This document shows positions 45,553-57,514 of a stretch of DNA of 64,000 nt, piece by piece. Source of the stretch: the human T2T-CHM13v2.0 reference genome, Homo sapiens; assembly GCF_009914755.1 (NCBI RefSeq), contig NC_060925.1. The stretch is one strand, 5' to 3'. Every line of letters begins with the position of its first letter. Position 1 is the first letter of the stretch. The position numbers and the translations under genes are program-made. The notes beneath the pieces are model-generated. The model was not told the origin of the DNA and did no database searches. It was given only the letters and a program-made list of their open reading frames with translations.

Positions 45553-45643
45553 GGACTGATGCCCTTGGCCAGACGCACCCCCAACTGCTGTCTGCTCAGG
45601 TGTAGCCCGCGTGACTGAGTCACCGCTGCTCCAGCTGTTTCAC
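45553..45643 (+). other. FAM163A: Probable non-coding 5'UTR exon of FAM163A (91 nt)
   Basis: Strong polypyrimidine tract and acceptor (cctttccttctcttctctggcAG) and consensus donor cac|GTAAGT. Non-repetitive and CpG-containing. Confidence 0.75.
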
Positions 45644-46035
45644 GTAAGTGTAAGGCACGGGCCACTCCCTTTTCCTCTGGGAGAGGGTGTCTGGGCCACC
45701 AGTGGGGAAGGAGCTTCAGCAAGTCCTGGTCACAGAGGGAAGGCCCTTAGGATTCTTTAGTGGACAGCAGGTTTGTCCTCTTTGGCTACCCCCATTCCCT
45801 GACTTGGCCACCACTGAGTCATTCTGCCCTAGACCTGCTGAGACCTGGGTGGGAACATAGGGACCTCTTTCTCCTGTCCTCAGGACACCTCAGGAGGCAG
45901 CTGGTGTGTTAGAAACTCCACAGCACTGGCCCGTGGGCCCTGACTCAGGCACTTGTTATCCTATGACTTTAGGCAAATGACTTAATGGTCTCGCTTCTCC
46001 TCCAGCATTGCTGGGGCTTTTGTAAGATTCAAGAA

Positions 46036-46545
46036 TGTATTCGTTATCTTTTGCTGCGTCACAAACTACCACAAACTCAGCAGCTTAAAACAACACACAG
46101 TGATTATCAGTTTCTGTGGGTCAGGAGTCCAGACATGGCTGGTTGACCCGCTGCCTCAAGGTCTCAGCTGGGGTTGTCAATTCATCCCAAAGGTCAACTG
46201 GAGAAGGATCCACTTCATCTCTCATGTATGTGGCTGTTCAGTTCCTTTTGGGAGGCTGGATTGAGGGCCTCAGTCCCCAGCCAGGAATTGGCCAGAGGCC
46301 ACCCTAGGTTTCTTCCCCAACATGGCAACTTTCAGTATCAAAACTATCAGAGAGAATGGCTAGCAAGAGAATAGTCTGAATCTTATATAATCTATTCACA
46401 GAAGTGACATCCCATTACCCATGCTGTTTTCGATTGGTTAAAGCAAGTTACAGGCCACACCCATACTCAGGGGAGGGGAGTACACAAGGGCATGACTGCC
46501 AGGAGGCAGTGACCACTTGGGCCATCTCAGAGCCTGCCTGCCATA
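46036..46545. mobile_element. MLT1-family MaLR LTR
   Basis: ttgctgcgtcacaaactaccacaaactcagcagcttaaaacaacac...ctgcctgccata. Confidence 0.75.
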
Positions 46546-46683
46546 AGAGAGCATAAATGGAGCACTTTGTAAACTGTAGGCTGCTGTTTGGGTGTAAGGA
46601 GATATTGCCAGCATTTGCATCTAGTTGCAAAGAGACAATGAGCCCTCCTGAAATCATAGAGAGCCACTGAATGTGGGAATTTA

Positions 46684-46926
<243 letters not shown>

Positions 46927-48516
46927 TCATCTCATACCCTGTACATGTCCCTTCCTGGCTTATGATTTTAAGGCCAGACCTAAACAGCCACAACATGTCG
47001 AGGCCCCCCAAAACCATGTTTGTGGGGTCTTTTCTAGTTCACAAAGAGCTCTCACACCCATCCCCCTCTTTCCTCACAGTCACACTTGAGAATTCAGAGG
47101 AAGAGAGGCAAGCCTTGGTTACGATTCCTCGCAATCCTACTGGCAAGGGAGACGTGAGAGGAATGTGAGAGCTGAGCGTTTTGTTCATCTTTGCTTTACA
47201 AGTGAGAAAGAAGGTCATTTTCCAATATGGGGTAGCTGCTCAGTGGCACAGGTGATCCTCGAACCTGGGCCTTGAGAACCCCAGCTCTGCCCACACTGCC
47301 ATGCCCCCGATGTCCAGGCCATTGCCGTGCACAGCCTGCGTGGTCCTGAAAGAGGGGTGGTCCAGCACAGGGGCAGGGAGGAGGGAGGGCACTGTTCTTA
47401 TACAGCTTCTCCATAATTCCCTGTCTCCTAAAATAGGCTTGGCACATCCTGGAACACTAGTCCAAGCCTGTCTGTGGGGTGGATCACTGCTGCCTCCCCA
47501 GCTTCAGGTCACTCCTAGACCTCTCTGTCCATAAGCAGCCCTCAGCGACGAATATGCAGGGAAGTGGTGAGGGGATGAAGTGGTGCTGTAGTGAAAGTGC
47601 CTAAGCCTTCCCCACGCTGAGATTCATCTGACCCCGCCTCCAGATGCCCCAAGAAACCCCTGAAGCATGGCCCGCCATGCACCTGGGCAAAATCAAAGTG
47701 GTCTCGAACAGTGACGCTCAAGTCTGCAGATGGGATTGAGCTGAGAGGTACAGCTTGCTGCCCCCTGGTGGTCTGTCAGAGTCATAACTGCCAGGGCTGT
47801 GACAAGCTAAACAGTGAGCTTTTATTAAGTACCCGGTATGTGTCAGGCATGGTGTATAAGGCTGCAGGGGATAGGAGACCGTGTAAGACACAACCCTTGA
47901 TCCCAGAGGACTTATAATATAGTGGAGGAGTCAAGATGTTCCCACATGAAAAGTTGACTCTCATCCCACCAAGCGGGATTTGAAGAGCAAACCATGAAGG
48001 GCATTGCAATAGGAGCCCAGAAGTGAGAGAGCTTCAGGGCTGGGGCAGTCAGGGGAGGCTTCTCAGAACCTTGAAGGATGGGCAGGATTTAAACAGATGG
48101 AAAAAGAAAGGCCACACGCTCCCCTGTCAAAAGCCCCGTCAGGAAACCCCCAGGGTCTCCAAGAGAGTTCATCTGGATTCCTTGACCGGGTTGCAGCCTC
48201 TGCAGCTGCATGCCTGCCCTGGCCTGTCCCAGCCTCGCCAGATCCCTCGCAGTTCCTGGAACTGTTTTCTCACACCCCTGGACTGTTCATTCTGCCCTCC
48301 CCACCTTGTCTACTGGATAAGCTTTCACTCAGCTTTTAGGATTCAGCTCAATACAACACCTGCAGTGGAGCATCTCCCCTCAGTCAGTAGCTGCCCCACT
48401 CTAGGTTCCGCAACTCTAGTCTGCAATTCTGTGGCTGCGAGTCTCACACTGTATCCTAAGGTTTGCCCCGTATCTTTTCATCACTAGGCAATAAGCTGCT
48501 TAAGAACTGTAGGACT

Positions 48517-48806
48517 ATGGCTCACACTTGTAATCCCAGCACTTTGGGAGGCCAAGGCGGGTGGATCACCCACCTTGGTGGGTGGTCAGGAGTTTGAGAC
48601 CAGCCTGGCCAACATGGTGAAGCCCCGTTTCTACTGAAAATACAAAAATTAGCCCGGTGTGGGGTTGCACGTCTATAATCCCAGCTACTCGGGAGGCTGA
48701 GGCACGAGAATCACTGGAACCCAGCAGGCAGAGGTTGCAGTGAGCCAAGATTGTGCCACTGCACTCCAGACTGAGGGACAGAGTGAGACTCTGTCTCCAA
48801 AAAAAA
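48517..48806 (+). mobile_element. AluS with internal fold-back insertion
   Basis: Dimer plus poly(A). Confidence 0.88.
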
Positions 48807-49189
48807 GAACAGTGGGACTGCATGATGGGGCAGTGGATCACGTAAGCGGAAGAAAGGGAGGTGAGGAGGGAAAGATAAATAGGGTAAGTGTGCAGGAACG
48901 TGGGGGATGGCAATGTCTTTGAAGCTGTCTCTAAAAGTTTATGGGCAGATAAATGTATCCTGCAGGCAATGTGGTGCATGAGAGTCACAGAAAGGCCCAG
49001 GGGTATGAAGGAAGGCTTAACAGCTGGTGGCAGGAAGGGTACTCAGAGACAAAACTGGGAAGGTTTGTTAGGAAACCATTGTGCCAGTGCAGCTTGAGAG
49101 GTGATGAGTCTTCACTGGTGTGGGGGACAGAAGACTGGGGTAGCCAAAGAAGAATTTGAGGAGTTTAAATTCTGGGCAGCTAGGGGAAC

Positions 49190-49345
49190 GTCCCATGGGC
49201 TTGTCAAACTCTAATGTGCAACCTACTCAATTGGGACCTTGTTAAAATGCAAACTCTGACTCATTAGGCCTGTGGGGGGCCTGAGATGCTATCTTTCTAA
49301 TGGTGCTCCCAGGTGATGCCCACGCTGCTGGTCCACAGAGCGGGA
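49190..49345. mobile_element. MER5A
   Basis: cttgttaaaatgcaaactctgactc...ctcccaggtgatgcc...gctggtcc. Confidence 0.7.
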
Positions 49346-49864
49346 GTGGATTTGGAGCCACACTGCCGGGCAGGTGCAGCCCTCTAAGAGGACAGTGGTG
49401 GACATGTGATATCTTTGGGTAAAGAGATAAAGGCACCCCCTTTTACCTGGTGAACACACCAGGGTGCATAGCTTTGTGAGCACAGTGCAGTTGGGTTCTA
49501 GCCCCCACTTGCCCTTTGAGTAATAAACAATTTGCAAAGCCCTTCGGGACAGCTCTGGTGGAGCCACCAACAGAGCCTCCAGACAGGTCGGAGGAGAGGA
49601 GTCCATTTGGAGAGCAGGGTGGTGACTTTAACCTGTCATAACTGAGTTTGAGATGACCACTGGGACATCCACTGAAATGTCTATCTACTAGCAGCTGGAG
49701 ACCCAGCTGGAGACCTGGACTTGGGGTCTGTGGGCTCACTGATGATATGCCACACAGCGAAGAAAGCAAAATGAGGGTTGTCTGGGAATCATCTAACCCT
49801 TCTGGCCTTTTTCAGTGAGTAACTCTCTTCTTCCAACATCTCTGTCCTTTCTGTTGTCTTGCAG

Positions 49865-49886
49865 GTCGCCGTTCCCTTTACTGAAT
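49865..49886 (+). other. FAM163A: Probable 22-nt 5'UTR microexon of FAM163A
   Basis: ~40-nt pyrimidine tract ending ctgttgtcttgcAG, exon gtcgccgttccctttactgaat, donor GTAAGT at 49887. Confidence 0.75.
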
Positions 49887-50830
49887 GTAAGTGATCGTAG
49901 TCATTTTTCCATCTCCAAGATGCCAACTTCCCATTCCCCACCCTCCTGCCCCTTGGTCCCAATGCACCTGGGAGGCTCAGAAATCCCCATTCACTGACCT
50001 AAAAGGAGAATCTGTCTGAAGCCATGACAGCCTCATGCCCAGAGCTTGCCTCTGTCCTGTTCATTCAGCCTCAGAAGCCAGGACCAGTCTCCCCAGCTTG
50101 GCCACAGCCTTCCAGGGCCCAGAATGCCACACACCACTCCCTCTGGGCTCGCCTTGCCTTTGTTTTCCAGGAGGGTTTGAAGGAGAAGAGAGATACCCCC
50201 AAAAGAAGTGCTGGTTTGAGCCAGAGAAGAGCCACCTGGTGTTTTCGAGATGTGGCCCTTTCCCCGCCAGCCCGGGCCAAAGGCTCAGGGACCACTGGGG
50301 TGTGTGCCAAGAGGGCGGGGATCAAGAGCACAGCCTTTGGGATGAACGGGCTGGGTGGAATCGCAGCCAAATTATTCGCAGCCCCGTTCAGCATGCGTGC
50401 GGTAGGGATAGCTAATAACTGCCCCGAAGGGTTATCGCGAGGATGTAGTAAGATGCGTGGGGGTGCTTAGCATGATGCCACACAGGGAGGAGCCCCGCAA
50501 TCAGCGGCAGCTGTTCCTCTGTGTCTGCAGCCACGCAGAAGCGGGAGCTAAGAAGGGTGTGACGGGAGAGGAAAGGCGAGAAGAGCACCAAAGGGGAAAG
50601 ATCGTGAGAACTTTTTGAAACTGGGTACTCAACTTCGCCCACTTAGGCTGGCCCAGTCTGGAGCCACAGTCGTCCTCAGCCTTCAGGAAACCCCTGGGGC
50701 CTGGCCCTCCCGGCACCTGCTGCTCTCAGGCCCCCTGCCCCAGCCTCGGGGCAGTTCCAGGAAGACTCCCCCCGGCCCAGCCCAGGGCTGCAGCCACAGC
50801 TGGTCCTCAGCCCTCCGCACATCTTTGCAG

Positions 50831-50963
<133 letters not shown>

Positions 50964-51203
50964 TAGCCAGAGGCTGCCAGGCCACCAGCAAACCTCTTTT
51001 TCATTATGGGGGCAGAAACTGGAGGCCGACTTCAGGGCCCACAGAGCCCAAAGCTATGGAATGTAGCAGGCGTAAGTCAAGGAGGATGGGAGTTGGGGCT
51101 GGTCGGAAGGGAGCTAAGTGCCCCCCAGCCTGCCCACTCAGAGCACACAGAAAGTGTGCTGGAAAGATACGGGGTCATTGGGTTGTGTCTCCTGCACCTC
51201 TGA

Positions 51204-51944
<741 letters not shown>

Positions 51945-52841
51945 ATCCTTCCACCCCGACCCGCACACACACCCACACTGCTGCCCTGGCGGGGGCCATG
52001 GGGGTGATGAATGACCCTCCAACAGCCCCACATGGGTTGTTTCTGTTTCTTTGGCTTTTCTCGCTCCGCAGTGGAGGGTTTACTAGGATTTAAGCTTTTG
52101 AGTGCATTGAGAACCAAGACAGGGCCTGGCTCCAACTCTGTGGGCCAGAGGTGGGGGACTGCTAGGTCGAGTCTGCAGCTTCGCCAGTTTCTTGGTTGGG
52201 ACACTCCTCTGGCAGCCCCAGCACCACCACAACCCCTTGCAGTGTGCCCCAGTCCCCTGGATTCGCTGGACTGCAAAAAGGAGCACCAGGGAAAGCTCAG
52301 CAAAGGCTCAGGAGGCCTCCCGGGTCCTCGGGAGATGAAGCATCCGTGCCTAGGAAAAGGGGACAGAGGGCAAGGAGAGAAGTGAGAGCTACAATTCCAG
52401 CATTGGAGAAGCGAGGGGCGGGGCGTCAACGGCACTGCTTCAGGACGCGCTTGCTGAAACGACTCCAACAGCTAGTTCACAGCCCAGCTTTGTACGTTGG
52501 TTACCATAGCTACTGCTGTCACTGTAGCTGCTCCCGTAGGGTCGTTGATTCCTGAACGTATCACATCTCACCTGCCCCCTTCCTCGTGGGACGTGTCAAG
52601 TTGACTTTAAAGCCTAAGGTGGCTTGTGGGGACTGCACCAGAAAGTGTCTAACCTTGTGTTCCCCGAAATCCTTTCTCTGACTTAGGAACCAGCGCCCCC
52701 TGCTGGAGAAGTTTTTTCATTTTGTTAGCCGACTTCTGGTAGCTTAGCAAAGAGACCAGCTGACTGTCTCTCGGCCCAGCCCACCACGCCGAGTAGCTTG
52801 TGTGGATGCAGTCCTGTGAGGGTGTGCATAACCGTTCCCAG

Positions 52842-52868
52842 GTGTACGCACGCGCGCGCGCGCGCACA

Positions 52869-52902
<34 letters not shown>
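52842..52902. repeat. Compound (CG)7/(CA)n microsatellite in the FAM163A 3'UTR
   Basis: Seen directly in the sequence. Confidence 0.95.
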
Positions 52903-52906
<4 letters not shown>

Positions 52907-53922
52907 CCACGGGTAGGCACCAGGGGCTTTGTACATTCAGGAGCTGCAGAGAGGAAAGGTCTCCCATGTACCAGAGAAGGAAAAGTCTGATCCCGAAACA
53001 GCTTGAACGAAAGGTGGTTAACACGTGACCAATCCCCATGGCAGACAGCGGGCTGGTGAACAGGAAGAGCACAGAATCTCTGTGGGGCGATGCTGCAGCG
53101 GCTGAAACCACGTCAAGTCCCCCAGAGCCCGGCATTCTATGTAAGCATCCACCTGTGACGCCGTGGAGCAGGATCTTCATTCATCTCACCAGAGCAACAG
53201 CCCAGTCCTGAGGATGGGAGGGACGTGACTTAGCCTTGGGATTCCACGCTCGCCGCCCTCCCTTGGCCGCCCTACTCCCCAGTTTCCTGGCGATGAGCCA
53301 TTTATTGTGTCTCACACCAGCCTCATTTCCAACTCCGACTTCCTACTTAGAATGTGGCAGTGGCTTTGTGAGTGAGAATCCTGATGAGTTTTCCAGTGGC
53401 CTCTGCAGAAGCTGGCCCCCTTCTAAGGGCATAGCTAACCCCCTTCCCACTCCTGAGTCACTGAATTCGAGGAGGGTGGGGCAGGGAAAGGGCTGGCCCC
53501 CCTGCTGAAATCTTGATTCTGCATTTGAGGAAGGTCAGGGTGCCGCTGGGGGAGCAGGGAGCGGGGAGGGAGGAAGAGGGGAATGCACATCTTTTGCGCC
53601 ACTATTAAGGCACCTGTCACCTTACATCTCAATCTGGAATCAAAGTGCCCTGGGTTGAGAAGCAGACCTGGGCTCTGGTCACACTTTGGTCACTCATTAG
53701 CTCTAGGACCAGTCACTAATCTCTGAGACTCCATTTTCTCCAGGGAAACGAGGCTTGCCCAGATAGACTAACAACCCTTTAGTGCTCCAAGAAGTGAGAA
53801 TTTCCGAAAAAGATCTGCCGGCCCAGAGCACTCCCTCTTGCCCTAATCCTGGCAGGGTCTGGATGTATTTACCCAACTCTGATCTTGCGTGCAGGGATGC
53901 TTGCTGATGGATGAAAGACCAC

Positions 53923-53928
53923 AATAAA
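53923..53928 (+). terminator. Polyadenylation signal AATAAA of FAM163A
   Basis: First canonical hexamer I found after the stop; followed by ttttaattgt...tgtttgt. Confidence 0.75.
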
Positions 53929-55368
53929 ACAAGATTAGCAGCAAAACAATTTTAATTGTCAGTGAAAAGCAAACATGTTTGTCAGACTCTCCTGTGGAGT
54001 CATTTCAAATGGTAACTCTTCTCTTGTACCAGGAAGCAGCTGTAGGTGGGGTAATGGGATCTGTCTCCTGGTGCAGAGGGGCAGCTTATGGCGGCAGCAG
54101 CTTCAACAAGCCCGTCCCACGGCCAGCCCTAACTGGGCCAAGTGCAAGCTCCTGATGAGCTGCTGGGCCTGGCAGCGTTCCCCACTTCCTAGTGCCTTGC
54201 TCCCCTGGAATTCCACAGCCAATCAACCACAGCAGCCGTGTCCTCCTTGCCAGAAATAACATCATTCGTACGTCCTGCCTTTGTAAAAATCAAGACCCAG
54301 TTAACCATCACCCACTTCTTGCCCCTGATTGATGGGGTCCCTGAGTACAAGCGTCCTGTGCAATCCCCTCCCTCCTACCGCTTTCCTAGCTAAGCCCTGC
54401 TAGCCCCACAAATCAGAATCTGGGTTTGGGGTGCTGGAGAGATGGTGGGCCCCAGCTCTTCCCCACATAGCCCACGCTGCTCAGGGCACGGTCTCCAACC
54501 AGGCTCGAGATTGCCTGCCTGCCCGCTGCAGCCGCAGGGCCCCACCCTGTGGAAAAGGAAGCTTCCCCCACTCAACTGCACTGTCCTTTTCTGCTGTCTA
54601 GTCTGTGCTAAGGGACACTACTTGTACACTTTTCAAACGGTGCCCTAAATTGGAAGAGAAGGAGGGGCCAGGAACACAGCCCTCTCCGCCGTCTTTCTCC
54701 ACCTCCACTTCACCACTCCTGCTCTAGACTTCTTGTCTTGCATCTTTGATAACTTGGAGTCATAACCGAGTGGATGTCGGAATAAATGAGAGATTTGAAG
54801 TAGAAATCCCACAGGGTCCTTCGTTCTTCACCGGGGGAAGTGAAGGGGGCTGTTGGTGTGGATTTAAGGGTGAAGCCTCCTCTTCAACACCCAGAGCGTC
54901 TGTGTTCCACGCTCTCCCTGCTCCCACGGTAGCAAACCTCCACCTTGTTGCCTGGCATGCCCCCATTGCCTCAGTCAGAGTTCAATCGGCGGAGATTTGC
55001 TGTTTGTTGGGAAAGTGGCTGAAGGGCCCTGCTGAGGATAGTGAGTTTCCCTGTGGGGCAACCCAGGCCTCGGCCCCTGCTACCTGCCCTTCCCCTCTTC
55101 CCAACCCTGCACACACACCTTCCAGGCTGGTGGTCTTCCTGCCTGTGTAGCTCAGGGTAAAATCACTTCTCTGAAGCCTGAGGAGATCATGTCACATGGC
55201 CAGCCCTTTGTTACAGGGGCAGCAAGGGAAGAGAGGGGAATTGGGACCAGATCCCCAGTGCAGCCCAGCAGAGACTACAGAAGTGGAGAGGGATGGAGGG
55301 GGACTGGAGAACTGGGAACTAGCTTTGTGTGTAGGAGGGAGAATTCGGGGATGAAGTGAGAACGTCTT

Positions 55369-55395
55369 TTGTGTGTGTGTGTGTGTGTGTGTGTG
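55369..55395. repeat. (TG)n microsatellite
   Basis: Seen directly in the sequence. Confidence 0.95.
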
Positions 55396-55834
55396 CCTGC
55401 ACTTGTGCACATGGGTGTGTACGAGACAGCTGCTCTCTCTCCACCTCAGGGCCTCAGGGCGAGCCCTGACTGCAGCTTGGGGGTACAGCAGGCAGCCTGC
55501 CCCAGCAGTCCAGCACCCAGGCCTCCAGCCCTGCAGCAGCCTTCCCTAGCACCAGTGGGAGCACAGCTTCCTTCACCCTCGGCCCAGGGAGCAGTTGGCC
55601 ACAGCTCTGTCACCACAGCTGTTCTATGGAATCAGAAACCAGACCCTGAGGCACACTCATCATTGCATCCATCCCAACCTCCAGCCATCTCCTTTGCCGC
55701 CGCAGGGCAGCCAGCCCGGACTCGGCCTCCAGCCTCTCACCCGGCACATCTGCTTGGCCTCATGCTTGCTGGCAAGTCACGGCCCTGACCCAGCTCTTCT
55801 CCCTGGTGGCCCTCAACTGCCTTCAGCCTCAGCT

Positions 55835-56641
55835 CCAGCTGGGGAGGAGGGTGGAAGAGCAGCTTGAGTCAGACTGAGGAATGCAAGAGAGGTGCTGGCC
55901 GTCCTTGTCACTGTTCTTTGGAAAATGCCTCCATCAGTGCCTGAAGTTCAAGGAGTGTGGGCTGTTTTCTTTCTGAGTTCTGAGCAAATCGAGCTGGGGG
56001 ACTCCGGGGCATGCTGCGCTATCCTGGGAGTCTCGGCCTTAGGCGGTTTGGTGATCTTCCCCTGGAAATAATCAGTGGGTCCTGAGCAGCACTTGTAAAC
56101 TTGAATGTAGAAAGCTGGGTGAGAAGTTTTCATCCTCCGCACTGTTCAGGCCCAAAAAAGTTGGAGGCAGAGGCTGTCGTCAAAGTGGCACATTGCCCTC
56201 ATACCCGGGGGCTTTCCAACCAACAGCTCTGGCACCCCAGATTCCAGCAGCCCCATAATGGCATCATTCAGCCCACATCCCCAAAACCTGTCCATGTCAC
56301 TCTGCCCCTGGGGCTTCTGCAGGGACTTCAAGGAGAAGCTTCTTTCACCATAAAAACATCTCACCCAGTTTTCTACGCTCAAATTTACAAGTGCTGTTCA
56401 GGGACTATTGATTATTTACAGGAGAAGATCGCCAAACTACCTAAGACTGAGACTCCTGGGATAGGGCAGCATACCCCGGAGTCCCCCAGCTCGATTTGCT
56501 CGGAACTCAGAAAGAAAACGGCCTACACTCCTTGAACCTCAGGCACTGACGGAGGCATTTTCTAAAGAACAGTGACAAGGACGGCCAGTACCTCCCCCGC
56601 AGTCTGACTCAAGCTACTCCTCCACCCTCCTCCCCAGCTGG
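55835..56641. repeat. Inverted repeat with no recognised TE origin: arms 55835-56132 and 56351-56641, ~218-bp spacer
   Basis: Manual alignment gives ~34 substitutions plus one 7-nt indel over 291 nt (~88%). The ORF track shows matching peptides on opposite strands (55948..56142 - and 56101..56535 +). Confidence 0.95.
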
Positions 56642-57109
56642 CCCCTCTCTCCACCAGTTCCCCCTCCCAACGGCCATCCTTCCTTCATCGCCGGCCTGTC
56701 AGCTCGCTGGGTGGAGAACCAAGTAGTGCACAACCTCTCAGAACACACCACTTGCACCTTCACAGCGTGCCTCGGAGGGAGTGGCACATGGCTCCATCCT
56801 CCAGCCCAGCACACAGCACCCCTCATGCAGCTGGCTCATGCTGAGGATGGCAGGAGGAGGTGAAGGCGGAGCTCCCGGGTCACAAAGCCATTATCTCTTT
56901 TCTCCTGTGACCTAACACCCCAGCAGACACAGCAGTCTAGTGGCAGCGGTTAGAAGGTGGGATTTGGAAGCAGACTTCAGCTGGAATCCTGACTCTACCA
57001 CTTACTGTGTGACTTTAGGCAACTTTGGGGACCTCTCTCCTTCTCAGTTTTCTCACTTGTAAAATTGGGATCATAATGCCCACTGTATTCCATGAAAATT
57101 AAGTGAGCT

Positions 57110-57400
57110 GACTGGGTGCGGTGGCTCACACCTGTAATCCCAGCACTTTGGGAGGCAGAGGTGGGCAGATCGCCTGAGCTCAGAAGTTCGAGACCACCCT
57201 GGGCAACATGGTGAAATCCTGTCTCTACTAAAACACAAAAAATTAGCCGGACGAGGTGACAGGCATCTGTAGTCCCAGCTACTTGGGAGGCTGAGGCACC
57301 AAGAATCACTTGAGTCCCGGAGGCGGAGGTTGCAGTGAGCCAAGACTGCACTACTGCACTCCAGCTTGGGCTACATAGTGAGACACCATCTCAAAAAAAA
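57110..57400 (+). mobile_element. Alu inserted in a MIR
   Basis: TSD aaaattaagtgagctg. Confidence 0.9.
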
Positions 57401-57514
57401 ATTAAGTGAGCTGACACCTCACTTAATTTTAATGGATACAGTGGGCATTATGGTCCCAATGTGACACCTCACATTAATGATAATGGCACATGTGGTAGCC
57501 ACTATCATTAGCAG

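Larger units (their letters stand above)
51945..53945 (+). other. FAM163A: FAM163A 3'UTR (approximate end)
   Basis: Repeat-poor, CpG-retaining sequence from the stop codon to the first AATAAA, with U/GU-rich sequence downstream. Confidence 0.75.

Noticed and set aside
54781-54786. Second AATAAA as an alternative FAM163A poly(A) site
   Set aside because: Possible, but there is no clear downstream GU-rich element and it cannot be supported without 3'-end data.
56101-56535. 144-aa ORF with an apparent paralogue on the opposite strand (55948..56142)
   Set aside because: The similarity is simply the DNA inverted repeat. Many differences change amino acids, and I recognise no protein family or pseudogene parent.
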